Shown here in pieces: positions 48,885-59,214 of a stretch of DNA of 64,000 nucleotides. The notes under the pieces were generated by a model. The model searched no databases. It saw nothing but the letters and a program-made list of their open reading frames with translations, and was not told the origin of the DNA. Numbering within the stretch: position 1 is the first letter of the stretch; each line of letters starts with the position of its first letter. This stretch comes from an uncultured Candidatus Saccharibacteria bacterium (GTDB lineage: Bacteria > Patescibacteriota > Minisyncoccia > Phycocordibacterales > UBA5272): assembly GCA_964468825.1 (NCBI GenBank), contig CAYXWO010000001.1, positions 3,234 through 67,233 on the forward strand, written 5' to 3'. Both the position numbers and the translations under genes were made by a program.

Positions 48885-49862
48885 ATGTCACAAAAAGTTC
48901 TCCTTTCAGGAATCCAGGCAACAGGGAAGTTGCATTTCGGTAATTACTTTGGCGCGATGAAGCAGAATATTGACCTTGCTAATAGTGGCGACTATGAAGC
49001 GTATATTTTTATCGCTGATTATCATGCTCTCACTACGGTGAAGGATAAGAATGCACTCCGTGAAAGCGCGCTTGAAATTGCTGCTGCGTATATCGCGTGT
49101 GGGCTCGACCTCACTAAGGCTACACTTTTCCGTCAGTCATCTGTTCCTGAGCATACAGAACTTGCGTGGGTATTTAATAACGTGGTAACTATGCCATACC
49201 TTATGCGTGCACACGCGTTTAAAGATCATGAGGCGAAAGATAAAGAGGTGAATCTCGGTCTCTTCGATTACCCAGTTCTTATGGCGGCGGATATTCTTAT
49301 GTATCAGGCTGATGTTGTGCCTGTTGGACAAGACCAGAAGCAGCATGTGGAGTATGCTCGTGATATCGCAGGATTCTACAATCGTGCCTGGAGTGTCGAG
49401 CAGTTCAAGCTTCCGAAAGACATGATTCTCGAATCCGTAGCAACCATCCCAGGGGTTGATGGTGCAAAGATGAGTAAGAGCAAAGGGAATGTTATCTCAC
49501 TTTTTGGAACAGACGATGAGGTAAAGAAGGCTGTGATGGGTATCGTCACAGATTCAGCTCGTCCAGAAGATAAGAAGAATGCAGACGAAAATAATATTTT
49601 TAATATTCATAAGCATTTCTTAGACGAGGCGGGTCAAGCATCCCTTCGTGCAAAGTTTGAAAACGGTGGATACGGCTACAAGGACGCAAAGGAAGAGTTG
49701 CTTGCAACTATTATGAACTGGAGAGAAGGGAAGAAAGAAAGATTTGATGAACTCATGAGTAATCCTGGTCAGATTGTCGCAATCTTAGAAGAAGGCGGTA
49801 AAAAGGCGAGAGCAAAAGCAGAGGTGACAATGTCTCAAGTGAGAGAACAGGTTGGGCTATAA
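48885..49862 (+). CDS. trpS: tryptophan--tRNA ligase
   Basis: HFGNY (HIGH), YPVLMAADIL, VPVGQDQKQH, KMSKS. Confidence 0.96.
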   Translation: MSQKVLLSGIQATGKLHFGNYFGAMKQNIDLANSGDYEAYIFIADYHALTTVKDKNALRESALEIAAAYIACGLDLTKATLFRQSSVPEHTELAWVFNNVVTMPYLMRAHAFKDHEAKDKEVNLGLFDYPVLMAADILMYQADVVPVGQDQKQHVEYARDIAGFYNRAWSVEQFKLPKDMILESVATIPGVDGAKMSKSKGNVISLFGTDDEVKKAVMGIVTDSARPEDKKNADENNIFNIHKHFLDEAGQASLRAKFENGGYGYKDAKEELLATIMNWREGKKERFDELMSNPGQIVAILEEGGKKARAKAEVTMSQVREQVGL

Positions 49863-49917
49863 ATTGAAAAGCGCAGCCGAGGCCGCGCTTTTGCAGATAA
49901 GGTCTTTGTGTGCATTT

Positions 49918-50400
49918 TTACTGAAGCTTTTGCTGCTCATTTAGCCTTCGGCGCCGTCTTGACCTTGTGAAGTCTTGAGCCAGAGAAAACCAGCCAATCG
50001 GAATGTCATCCTTGTCTTCGTAGAGGGAAGCTGGTACAACCTCAAACGAGTCACACAAGGTTTCCAGTACCTCTGCTTCAGAGTGATGTAAAAGCACCAC
50101 TCGCTCCTTCATTAGTACTGACCCTCGTCCAATCATCATCATGAGGAGCGACGAGAAGATGTCAGAAAATGCTTCAGTCTCATTGGCCACTATATCTGCT
50201 TCTTGATGGATGAGAATGAACCCACAGCAATCCAGTATTTCAGAAGCCTTCATATGTGAGCCGTAGAAGTCCTTCACAGAAACTGGAAGGGCAGTGCTCG
50301 ATGCCTCTTCAAGCGCTCTGCTCATTCTATCCAAAAAAATTGGATTGGCGTAAGCGACAACTACGATCTCTAAAGAACCTGTCATTCTCGAAATGTTCAC
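49918..50400 (-). CDS. hypothetical protein (orphan)
   Basis: SD AGGAGG before GTG at 50400, in frame with the track ORF; shares a palindromic terminator (49867-49892) with trpS. Confidence 0.6.
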   Translation of the reverse strand: MNISRMTGSLEIVVVAYANPIFLDRMSRALEEASSTALPVSVKDFYGSHMKASEILDCCGFILIHQEADIVANETEAFSDIFSSLLMMMIGRGSVLMKERVVLLHHSEAEVLETLCDSFEVVPASLYEDKDDIPIGWFSLAQDFTRSRRRRRLNEQQKLQ

Positions 50401-50471
50401 GGGGACCTCCTGTGTTTTGAGTTTAGCGTATGCTACCAAAAATATACCTTTTTTGCTATAATAAAATTTCT

Positions 50472-51887
50472 ATGCGTACGTATATTAAAGATATTTCTTC
50501 ATCTGTGGGTCAGGAGGTTGTTGTAAAAGCCTGGGTTGACGTCCGTCGCGATCAAGGCAAAATGGTCTTTTTGGACCTTCGTGATGTGACTGGGAAGGTT
50601 CAGGGAGTGGTGCTTCCTAACCATGCAGAAGCACTCGAAGTAGCTCAAAAGCTTCGTACCGAGTGGGTTGTCGAGGTGAAAGCTCAGGTGAACAAGCGAC
50701 CAGACAGAAACATTAAGGCAGGTATCTTAAATGGAGATATGGAACTAGAAGTCCTCTCTATCGCAGTTCTGAATGAAGCGACAACGCCAGCTTTTGATAT
50801 CTCAACTGATGGTCATGAAATAGGCGAAGAGGTGAGACTAGAGAAGAAGTACCTCGACCTTCGTCGCGCCCGACTCCAGAGAAACATACAGATGCGTCAC
50901 AAGGTGATTAAGCTCGTTCGTGATGAGCTCGATACGCAAAACTTTTTTGAAATCGAAACGCCACTTCTCACTAACCCGACACCAGAAGGCTCACGTTCGT
51001 ACCTCGTACCATCTCGCCTTTGGCAAGGATCTTTCTATGCGCTCCCTCAGTCCCCTCAACAGTATAAGCAGCTTCTCATGTCATCAGGTTTTGAGAGATA
51101 TTTCCAGATTGCTAAATGTATGCGTGATGAGGACACTCGTGGTGATCGTCAGCCTGAGTTCACTCAGATGGACATGGAAATGAGTTTCGTGGAAAGAGAA
51201 GATGTAATGAAGGTGAACGAAGATCTGCTAGTAAAGATTGTTACGACACTTTTCCCTGAGAAAAAGATACAAGAGACACCTTTCCCTCGTTTTACCTACA
51301 AGGAAGTCATGGAGAAATACAACTCCGACAAGCCTGACATCAGAGAAGACAAGAATGACCCTAACTTACTTGCATTTTGTTGGGTGACAGACTTTCCTGC
51401 TTTTGAAAAGACCGGGGAGGATAACGTGGATGACACAGGCGCGTGGACATTTACCCATAACCCATTCACCGGAGTTTTAAATGACTACAAGAACGATCTT
51501 CTTGAAAAGAAAAATATCGAGAATATTATTTCTACACAATATGACATCGCACTTAATGGGTATGAGATCGGTGGAGGGGGCATTAGACTTCATGACCCGG
51601 TAGCACTACGCCGTGTATTTGAAATCATGGGATACTCTGAAGAGAGAATTAATCAGAACTTCGGCCACATGCTAGAAGCGCTCGGCTCAGGTACTCCACC
51701 ACACGGTGGTATCGCTTGGGGTCTTGATCGCCTCCTTATGATTCTGCTTAACGAGCCTAATATTCGTGAAGTAATGGCGTTCCCAAAGACAGGGGAAGGG
51801 AGAGATTTACTCATGCAGGCCCCGTCGCCGGCTGCTCCAAAGGTGCTCCGTGAGCTTGGTATAGAAGTTAAAAATAAGGGTAAATAA
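50472..51887 (+). CDS. aspS: aspartate--tRNA ligase (short form without the GAD insertion)
   Basis: OB fold, ETPLLT..TPEGSRSYLVPSR, LPQSPQQYKQLLM, RDED.RGDRQPEFTQ, PPHGGIAWGLDR. Confidence 0.95.
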   Translation: MRTYIKDISSSVGQEVVVKAWVDVRRDQGKMVFLDLRDVTGKVQGVVLPNHAEALEVAQKLRTEWVVEVKAQVNKRPDRNIKAGILNGDMELEVLSIAVLNEATTPAFDISTDGHEIGEEVRLEKKYLDLRRARLQRNIQMRHKVIKLVRDELDTQNFFEIETPLLTNPTPEGSRSYLVPSRLWQGSFYALPQSPQQYKQLLMSSGFERYFQIAKCMRDEDTRGDRQPEFTQMDMEMSFVEREDVMKVNEDLLVKIVTTLFPEKKIQETPFPRFTYKEVMEKYNSDKPDIREDKNDPNLLAFCWVTDFPAFEKTGEDNVDDTGAWTFTHNPFTGVLNDYKNDLLEKKNIENIISTQYDIALNGYEIGGGGIRLHDPVALRRVFEIMGYSEERINQNFGHMLEALGSGTPPHGGIAWGLDRLLMILLNEPNIREVMAFPKTGEGRDLLMQAPSPAAPKVLRELGIEVKNKGK

Positions 51888-52001
51888 AAGCGAGCTAAGT
51901 CCTAAAGGGGTTTGCGTCGTAGTTGACTTTGCATGCATTAGTGGTATAATAATAACACTGCCGTTTTGGCATTGTTGTTGTTTACATAGGAGACAGGTTC
52001 A

Positions 52002-52400
52002 ATGAAAAAATGGTTCCTTAATCATTTTCGGCTGGTGGCCGCTGCAGCATTCTTTTGCCTTGCGGGTTGGGCCGGGAAACAGGCCTTGGCACAGACATCG
52101 TCTGACCAGGGTGATCGCCCCCGTGTGATGAAGTTCACTTACGTCAAGAGCAAAGAGTCATGCATCGATGTTTTTACTCGTCTTGACGAGAAAGTGAGCA
52201 TCTCAGACTGCATCAAGGCAGCAGAACGCGTCGGGATCGACGTGATGTGGTATCGTCCAGATATCACCAAACCACCGACCTACATCCTCAACATCCATCC
52301 TGGTGACAAGGTTGGCGTATATGTGGATGGGGACAAAAAGACCATGATCATTTTTCCGAGGGAGCATGTTCGCAATCTGTCGCATCCTATTGCTCAGTGA
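52002..52400 (+). CDS. secreted hypothetical protein (orphan)
   Basis: Promoter TTGACT(51923)..TGgTATAAT, SD AGGAG, signal peptide, terminator AGATAGCCCG..CGGGCTATCT-T5. Confidence 0.7.
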   Translation: MKKWFLNHFRLVAAAAFFCLAGWAGKQALAQTSSDQGDRPRVMKFTYVKSKESCIDVFTRLDEKVSISDCIKAAERVGIDVMWYRPDITKPPTYILNIHPGDKVGVYVDGDKKTMIIFPREHVRNLSHPIAQ

Positions 52401-52473
52401 GTTGGGTGCGGTAGATAGCCCGTTTACGCGATGCGTAATCGGGCTATCTTTTTATATGCTATAGTGAATATAC

Positions 52474-53580
52474 ATGAAGAAATTACTAATTACCGCTCTG
52501 CTACTCAGCTCTTTTGAGTTCGCTTTCGCTGCCGCTCCATTTGTGAAGGCGGCATGGATCCCGTATTGGAGAAAAGACGACGGCGCAAGTACAACCCTTG
52601 CGAACCTCTCATCTTTTACAGAAATTAGCCCATTTTCTTATGAAGTGACAAGCACCGGCTCTCTTAAAGATGCTTCGAAGATTCGCGAGGAGCCTTGGGC
52701 TAGTCTCTTAAAAGATGCTCAGAAGAGGGGGATAAAAGTATACCCTTCCATCCTCTGGATTGACCGCGAAGCTATGGAGAAAATTTTGAATAATAAGACT
52801 GAGCGCAAGTATCATATAGAAGAAATAGTTTCGGAAGTTGTCTATCATAAGTTTGACGGTATTGATATTGACTATGAAGGTAAAAGCGCAGAAACAAGAG
52901 AAGGGTTCTCTGCGTTTTTAAAAGAGCTTAGTGCTGCATTAAAGAAGAATAACAAGAAGCTCATTTGTACGATCGAAGCACGTACACCAGTTGATTCTAG
53001 GTACCTAAAAGTAACTAAGGAACTCTTGGCGAGAATAGAATATTCAAATGATTTTAAAGTAATAGGGAAAGTGTGTGATCAAGTTAGGCTGATGACCTAC
53101 GATCAGATTGACGGGGACGTTGTCCTTAGTAATACCTATAAGCACCAGCTATATCGCCCTGTTGCAGACATTGCCTGGGTCAAGAAAGTGCTCACGCTAG
53201 CCTTGAGAGATATCCCAGCGAGTAGGATAGTTGTTGGAGTCGCAACATACGGGTATAAGTATGAATATACACAGACCTCAAGCGGAATAACCTATCGTCG
53301 TATAGGTTCTATGAACTACAAGTATGCTGATGAGCTAGCAAAATCGATAGGCATTACACCTACAAGAAATAAAGCAGGGGAGCTTGAGTTTTCATACTCG
53401 ACCACGACAGACCTGAGCAACAAAACATCAGGTACTCTTAAGAACTACTATGTTACCTATTCTGACTCTGGAGCTATACAGGAGAAGATACGAATCGCTA
53501 AGCTGTATAAGCTTGGTGGCGTTGCCATTTTTAAGATAGACGGAGCCCAAGACCCGAAGATTTTTGAAGTCATTAAGTAA
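52474..53580 (+). CDS. secreted glycoside hydrolase family 18 protein
   Basis: Signal peptide; intact catalytic motif FDGIDIDYE; LMTYD. Confidence 0.9.
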   Translation: MKKLLITALLLSSFEFAFAAAPFVKAAWIPYWRKDDGASTTLANLSSFTEISPFSYEVTSTGSLKDASKIREEPWASLLKDAQKRGIKVYPSILWIDREAMEKILNNKTERKYHIEEIVSEVVYHKFDGIDIDYEGKSAETREGFSAFLKELSAALKKNNKKLICTIEARTPVDSRYLKVTKELLARIEYSNDFKVIGKVCDQVRLMTYDQIDGDVVLSNTYKHQLYRPVADIAWVKKVLTLALRDIPASRIVVGVATYGYKYEYTQTSSGITYRRIGSMNYKYADELAKSIGITPTRNKAGELEFSYSTTTDLSNKTSGTLKNYYVTYSDSGAIQEKIRIAKLYKLGGVAIFKIDGAQDPKIFEVIK

Positions 53581-53683
53581 ACATTTAACGAAGGTGAAGG
53601 GGATAAAAAATAAAAGGGTGTTGAGATACTAACCACTCAACTATTAACTAGCAACTAGTAGCCACTAACTATATACTGTTCCC

Positions 53684-54403
53684 ATGGAATTTACTGTTAA
53701 ATTAGAACGATTCGAAGGGCCGTATACCAAGCTTCTTGAGCTCATTGAAGGGAGAAAACTTTCAATCACTGAGATTTCTCTTGTCACTGTAGCGGATGAT
53801 TATATTGCTTACATTAAGACACTAGACCAGAAGAATTTAGTGGATATATCTCAGTTTATTGTCGTAGCGTCAACTCTCATGCTTATGAAAGCAAAGTCTC
53901 TTCTACCTGGCCTTGTTTATACAGAGGAAGAGGAGAAACAGGTAGAAGATTTAGAGCGAAAGCTTGAGCTATATTCACTTCTAACAGAGGCTCAAAGACA
54001 TACGAAAGATATTTTTAATAAGTCACCTCTTTTTACTAGACCGTATAGACAGCAGAAAGAAGTAACTGTTTTTGTTCCAGATGAACGTGTTACTAAAGAG
54101 TTGTTGGAGTCGATAGCATCTATGACTATTATGACTTTTATCGAACCAAAGTCGCTGGTAAAGGTGGCGGTTGAAAAGGCTCTACGTATGGAAAACATTA
54201 TTGAGTCTCTACTTCTAAGAGTGCAGGGAGCCCAAAATATTAGTCTAAAAAGTCTGGCTGACGGTGCGTCTACAATCGAGGAAAGAAAGAAGCTACTTAT
54301 TGTTAATTTTATCGCAATTCTTGAGCTGCTAAGGTCAGGTACTCTCGTTGCTAGCCAAGAAGGTGCAGGGGACATTATGATTTCTTCCGTAACCTCTCAG
54401 TAA
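53684..54403 (+). CDS. scpA: segregation/condensation protein A
   Basis: FEGP..LLELI, FIVVASTLMLMKAKSLLP, FIAILELLR. Confidence 0.92.
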   Translation: MEFTVKLERFEGPYTKLLELIEGRKLSITEISLVTVADDYIAYIKTLDQKNLVDISQFIVVASTLMLMKAKSLLPGLVYTEEEEKQVEDLERKLELYSLLTEAQRHTKDIFNKSPLFTRPYRQQKEVTVFVPDERVTKELLESIASMTIMTFIEPKSLVKVAVEKALRMENIIESLLLRVQGAQNISLKSLADGASTIEERKKLLIVNFIAILELLRSGTLVASQEGAGDIMISSVTSQ

Positions 54404-54427
54404 GATGGTACACTCTCACTACGTACT

Positions 54428-54934
54428 ATGTTAGAAAAAATAAGCACAATACTTTACCTTTCAGGAGACCCAATTACTATCACTAAGATGGCAGAACTTA
54501 CAGGTGCTTTGCCTGATGAAGTTGTGAGCACCCTTCCTGAGCTCAAGGAAAGATTAGAAGTAATTGGTCTTACTCTTATTATTACCGAAAGGGATATTTC
54601 GATTGTAACGAAGCCTGAACTTGCACCACTCGTTGAGTTATTTAGAAAAGATGAACTTAAGGGAGATCTAACACCAGCTACGCTACAGGTGCTTACCTTG
54701 GTTGCTTATTTAGGCTCTGTAACACGTGAACAGATTTCGTATATCAGAGGTGTGCAATCAGCGCAATCTATAAGAACTCTCTTGGTGAGAGGTCTTATCA
54801 CAAAGTCAGGAGAGGTGTGTTCACTAAGCGTAGAGGCACTACAAATGCTCGGTGTCACGTCAAAAGAAGAATTACCAGATTACCAAAGAATTTCTAGTGA
54901 ATTCTTAAAGAGACTGTCTACGAAAGAAGAATGA
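54428..54934 (+). CDS. scpB: segregation/condensation protein B
   Basis: LTPATLQVLTLVAY, ISYIRGVQS, LLVRGLI. Confidence 0.92.
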   Translation: MLEKISTILYLSGDPITITKMAELTGALPDEVVSTLPELKERLEVIGLTLIITERDISIVTKPELAPLVELFRKDELKGDLTPATLQVLTLVAYLGSVTREQISYIRGVQSAQSIRTLLVRGLITKSGEVCSLSVEALQMLGVTSKEELPDYQRISSEFLKRLSTKEE

Positions 54935-55902
54935 GAAGGAAAAAGACATTACGACATATCAAGAACGTAAAGGTTGTTACGCCACATCTAAACACATCTG
55001 CACTTTTGGCAAGTCTTTTTTTATTGGCTGTAGTTATATTTCATCAACCTCTAGAAGATGGTTTACTGCATTCTGGTGTTAAGGAAGAAGAGAGAGCTAA
55101 CAATACTCCTTTATTTTTTGATAAAAAATCATTCGAAGGTGTGCAGCTGCAAGCTAAGGCATATGTTGTTTACGATGTTGTTGGTAAAGAAGTGATAGCG
55201 TCAAACAATCAAGAAGAGAGACTGCCCTTGGCGAGTATAACAAAAGTAATGACAGCACTTACAGCTCTTTCTCTGTTACAAGATCAGGAGGATGTTTTTG
55301 CTATAAACTCATCGATGGTTGAGGATGGCTATGACCTCGGCCTCAAGAAGGACCAAAGGTGGCATCTGACAGAGCTACTCAAGTATATGCTCATCTTTTC
55401 TTCTAACGACGCGGCGCTCGCCATAGCTGCACACTATGGAGGCCAGGCTTTTTTTGTTAAGGCGATGAATGATCTCTCGAGCTCGTACGGTCTAACTGCG
55501 ACTTTTACCGACCCTGCAGGAAGAGATGAACGAGGAGAAATTGGAGGAATGGGCACTGTGCTAGATGCTGCGAGACTCTTCATTTTGGCTAAAACTACTG
55601 CACCAGACCTACTCGATGCCACCACTAAGAAGAGACAGAGCATTTATCCACTTTCAGGTAAATTGACGGGTATACCTAACACCAATCAATCAATAGAAAC
55701 ACTTCCTGGTGCAGAGGGGTCAAAGACAGGGTATACAGATTTGGCAGGGGGCAATCTCGGGGTTGTGGTTGATATCTCTATTGGACGCCCAGTCGTACTG
55801 GTTGTCCTTGGGTCAACCCGAGAAGGTCGTTTTGATGATATTGACATATTATATAAAACGTTGCAGCGCAGCATGCTCTCTGTCCCCACTGTAAGCCAGT
55901 AG
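54931..55902 (+). CDS. D-alanyl-D-alanine carboxypeptidase (peptidase S11)
   Basis: ASITK (SxxK), SSND (SxN), KTGYT. Confidence 0.92.
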   Translation: MRRKKTLRHIKNVKVVTPHLNTSALLASLFLLAVVIFHQPLEDGLLHSGVKEEERANNTPLFFDKKSFEGVQLQAKAYVVYDVVGKEVIASNNQEERLPLASITKVMTALTALSLLQDQEDVFAINSSMVEDGYDLGLKKDQRWHLTELLKYMLIFSSNDAALAIAAHYGGQAFFVKAMNDLSSSYGLTATFTDPAGRDERGEIGGMGTVLDAARLFILAKTTAPDLLDATTKKRQSIYPLSGKLTGIPNTNQSIETLPGAEGSKTGYTDLAGGNLGVVVDISIGRPVVLVVLGSTREGRFDDIDILYKTLQRSMLSVPTVSQ

Positions 55903-55924
55903 CTGTGATATACTAAGGCTTATT

Positions 55925-56995
55925 ATGCTTGCACTAGACCCATTTAAAGTACTTCTGCCTGCTGTACTCTCATTTATTATTGGAGTTATTATCGCTCCAG
56001 CTATTGGCCGCTTCCTCGCCCATCACCAGCTCTGGAAAAAGAAAAACGTTTCAAAAACTATAGACGGAAAGGATGCTACTATCACTGCATCACTTCATAA
56101 TGATGAAAAATCTCCTGTCCCGAGATTAGGAGGAGTGGTAGTGTGGGGCTCTGTCTTTGCGACAGCGCTGTTACTTTGGTCTATATCAAAAGTTTACCCA
56201 ACTGTTTTTACAGAAAAACTTGATTTCATATCTCGTAATCAGACATGGCTTCCGCTTTTTGCGATGCTCGTCGGGGCACTCGTCGGAGGACTAGATGATC
56301 TTCTTGTTGTTGAAGCTTTTGGTAGCAAGCTTAACTCGTACATCGGTGGCGGGCTATCCTTTCCAGTAAGATTACTAGCCGTTTCCTCTCTCGGGCTTTT
56401 TGCTGGATGGTGGTTCTACTTTAAGCTTGGTGTAGATTCTGTACATATACCTTTTTATGGAGACTTCCAAATGGGGGGACTACTTTTTATTCTCTTTTTT
56501 ATCATTGTAACCCTCGCCACGTTTTCAACTGGTGTTATAGATGGGGTAGATGGGCTTTCTGGTGGTGTGATGTCTGCTGTATTCACAGCTTACGGGATGA
56601 TCGCTTATCTTCACGGACAGGTGGACATAGCTACATTATGCTTTGTTATTGTCGGAGGTATTATGGCTTTCCTTTGGTTTAACATTCCTCCTGCGATGTT
56701 CTATCTCACAGAGACCGGAATGTTAGCTCTTTCTCTTTCACTTTCGGTGATAGCGTTCTTGACTGACGCTGTTATGTATTTACCTATTATCGCTTTCCCA
56801 CTTCTTGTCACAACGGCCTCAGTTATCTTGCAGCTCTTTTGGAAAAAGGTTTTCAAGAGAAAATTATTCTTAGTTGCTCCGCTACATCATCACTTTCAGG
56901 CTAAAGGTTGGCCAGCGTACAAGGTGGCGATGAGATACTGGATTGTATCTTATATGTGTGCAATGCTTGGTGTTATTACAGTACTCATTAGCTAG
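55925..56995 (+). CDS. mraY: phospho-N-acetylmuramoyl-pentapeptide transferase
   Basis: PRLGG, GGLDD, DGVDGL, WFNIPPA, APLHHHF. Confidence 0.93.
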   Translation: MLALDPFKVLLPAVLSFIIGVIIAPAIGRFLAHHQLWKKKNVSKTIDGKDATITASLHNDEKSPVPRLGGVVVWGSVFATALLLWSISKVYPTVFTEKLDFISRNQTWLPLFAMLVGALVGGLDDLLVVEAFGSKLNSYIGGGLSFPVRLLAVSSLGLFAGWWFYFKLGVDSVHIPFYGDFQMGGLLFILFFIIVTLATFSTGVIDGVDGLSGGVMSAVFTAYGMIAYLHGQVDIATLCFVIVGGIMAFLWFNIPPAMFYLTETGMLALSLSLSVIAFLTDAVMYLPIIAFPLLVTTASVILQLFWKKVFKRKLFLVAPLHHHFQAKGWPAYKVAMRYWIVSYMCAMLGVITVLIS

Positions 56996-57000
56996 TTTGT

Positions 57001-58101
57001 ATGTTTGAAAGAGTCGACAAACCTCTCCTAATCAGCATTATATTGTTACTTTTAAGTGGACTTGTTTTTTTTGGTTCTGCAGCGCTTGGTGTGCTTGCAG
57101 TCAACGAAGTAAAATTTTTCGCAGTAGTTAAGACACAGCTCATTTATGCTGTAGTTGTGGGAGGCGCGGCGATATGTTTAGGTGCACTTATTCCATATCA
57201 CTTCTATAAACGATATGCATATTTTCTTTTTGGTGGGGCGCTTTTTCTAACGTCACTTGTTTTCGTTCCAGGTCTTTCTCGCTATCATGGGGGGGCTCAT
57301 AGATGGATAGATATTGGGTCTTTTTCATTACAACCGAGTGAAGCTCTTAAGTTCGGGTTTGTTTTAGTGATTGCCTTCTGGTGTGCAAAATATCGTAATG
57401 AGTTCAAAGATTGGAGATACGGCTTATTACCGTACTTTATTGGAGCAACACTGGTGACTATCATTTTACTTGCTCAACCTGATTTTGGTACTTATTTGGT
57501 TATTATGGGGGCATCATTTATCACATTCTTCGTTGGAGGAGCAAGGAAAAAACACATTCAGATTTTGGTCGCAGCTGGGCTTCTTGGGTTCGTTATCCTA
57601 GTCTCAATGAGACCATATATGCTGGAGCGTATCAAAACATTTGTGAGCGCAACACACGACCCTCAAGGCTCGTCTTGGCAGGTTAATCAGTCACTTATAG
57701 CATTAGGAGGAGGTGGTCTCACGGGACGAGGTTTGGGACAAAGTGTGCAAAAGTTCAACTATCTTCCTGAGCCAATCGGAGATTCGGTTTTTGCTGTCAT
57801 CGGTGAGGAGCTTGGGTTTTTAGGTGCACTCTACCTCATATTTCTTTATGGTATAGTAAGTGTTAGGGGGTATTTCATAGCAAAGAATGCAGGAGATCAA
57901 TTCGGTCGCCTTTTAGCTACTGGGATTGTTTCAATTCTCCTTATTCAAACGACTCTGAACATTGGTTCGATGCTCGGGATGTTGCCACTCACTGGTGTTC
58001 CTCTACCTCTCGTTTCCCACGGTGGTACAGCGCTCGTGGCAGCTCTCTTTGAGCTGGGTGTGCTTCTTAATATATCTAAAACTTCCTCAAATTATTTATG
58101 A
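57001..58101 (+). CDS. ftsW: SEDS family peptidoglycan polymerase (FtsW/RodA)
   Basis: GAHRWI, QPSE, QPDFGT, LPEPIGDSVFAVIGEELG, TGVPLPLVSHGG; lies between mraY and murG. Confidence 0.9.
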   Translation: MFERVDKPLLISIILLLLSGLVFFGSAALGVLAVNEVKFFAVVKTQLIYAVVVGGAAICLGALIPYHFYKRYAYFLFGGALFLTSLVFVPGLSRYHGGAHRWIDIGSFSLQPSEALKFGFVLVIAFWCAKYRNEFKDWRYGLLPYFIGATLVTIILLAQPDFGTYLVIMGASFITFFVGGARKKHIQILVAAGLLGFVILVSMRPYMLERIKTFVSATHDPQGSSWQVNQSLIALGGGGLTGRGLGQSVQKFNYLPEPIGDSVFAVIGEELGFLGALYLIFLYGIVSVRGYFIAKNAGDQFGRLLATGIVSILLIQTTLNIGSMLGMLPLTGVPLPLVSHGGTALVAALFELGVLLNISKTSSNYL

Positions 58102-59204
58102 AAATAGTCTTAACAGGAGCAGGTGGAGGGCATTTTTATCCGCTTATTGCGGTTGCACTTCGTATTAAAAAAGAAGCATTCATTCAAAAGCTCGTCCAGC
58201 CTGATTTTTATTTTTTTTCAGATAAGCCCTATGATGAGGAGTCACTTTTTGAAATCGAATGTAAGTTTATTCCTATCCCAGCTGGGAAGTTAAGGTTGTA
58301 CCCTTCAGTTCAAACTATTGGAGATATAGTTAAAACAGTATGGGGGTGTGTTGTAGCTATCACTAAACTCTACTCAATATACCCTGATGTCGTCTTTGCT
58401 AAAGGCGGATACGCCAGCTTCCCAACACTTTTTGCTGCTCGTCTTCTTTCGATTCCAGTTATTGTGCATGAGAGTGACACAGTCCCAGGGAGGACTACTA
58501 AATGGGCAGGCAAGTTCGCAGAAAGGATTGCTCTGTCATACCCAGAGGCAGCACCTTTTTATCCTACAGAGAGAGTTGCTCTAACTGGCCAGCCTATACG
58601 AGACACACTTCTGCCAGAAGAAGATTTTACGAGAAATTATGTGAAAAAAGATAGACCTGTCATTCTCGTTTTTGGGGGCTCTCAGGGTAGTCAGCGAATC
58701 AATGATGCTCTCCTTTCCATACTTCCAACGCTTCTTAACTCTTACGATATTGTTCACCAGACTGGAACAGAAAATCTTGAGACAGTGAAGGAAGCCACTA
58801 AGTCGATTCTTGCCGAACATCAGTATAAGGATAGGTATTACGCAGAAGGTTTTATAGATGTTTCACTTTTCTACCCTAAGGTTGATCTCGTAGTTACTAG
58901 AGCCGGTTCTTCGATGTTTGAGATGGTTGAGTGGAGGTTACCAATGATTGTAATACCAATACCAGAAACCATCAGCAGAGACCAAAGAACCAACGCGTAC
59001 ACGATGGCGGGGTATGGAGTAGCATCTGTGATTGAGGAGGTGAACCTAGGCCCAAATATTTTGGTAGCAACTATTTCAAGAATATTAGACGACGAGAAAG
59101 AGTATATGAACATGGTTCGTCATGAAGAGAAGGTACACAGCTCTCGTGGTGCCGCCACTGTTATCGCTCGAGAAATTATTAGAATAGGGCTTAGTCACTT
59201 ATAA
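58098..59204 (+). CDS. murG: lipid II N-acetylglucosamine transferase
   Basis: GGGHFYP, KGGYASFP, HESD, GGSQGS, DQRTNA. Confidence 0.94.
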   Translation: MKIVLTGAGGGHFYPLIAVALRIKKEAFIQKLVQPDFYFFSDKPYDEESLFEIECKFIPIPAGKLRLYPSVQTIGDIVKTVWGCVVAITKLYSIYPDVVFAKGGYASFPTLFAARLLSIPVIVHESDTVPGRTTKWAGKFAERIALSYPEAAPFYPTERVALTGQPIRDTLLPEEDFTRNYVKKDRPVILVFGGSQGSQRINDALLSILPTLLNSYDIVHQTGTENLETVKEATKSILAEHQYKDRYYAEGFIDVSLFYPKVDLVVTRAGSSMFEMVEWRLPMIVIPIPETISRDQRTNAYTMAGYGVASVIEEVNLGPNILVATISRILDDEKEYMNMVRHEEKVHSSRGAATVIAREIIRIGLSHL

Positions 59205-59214
59205 TAGAATAACT

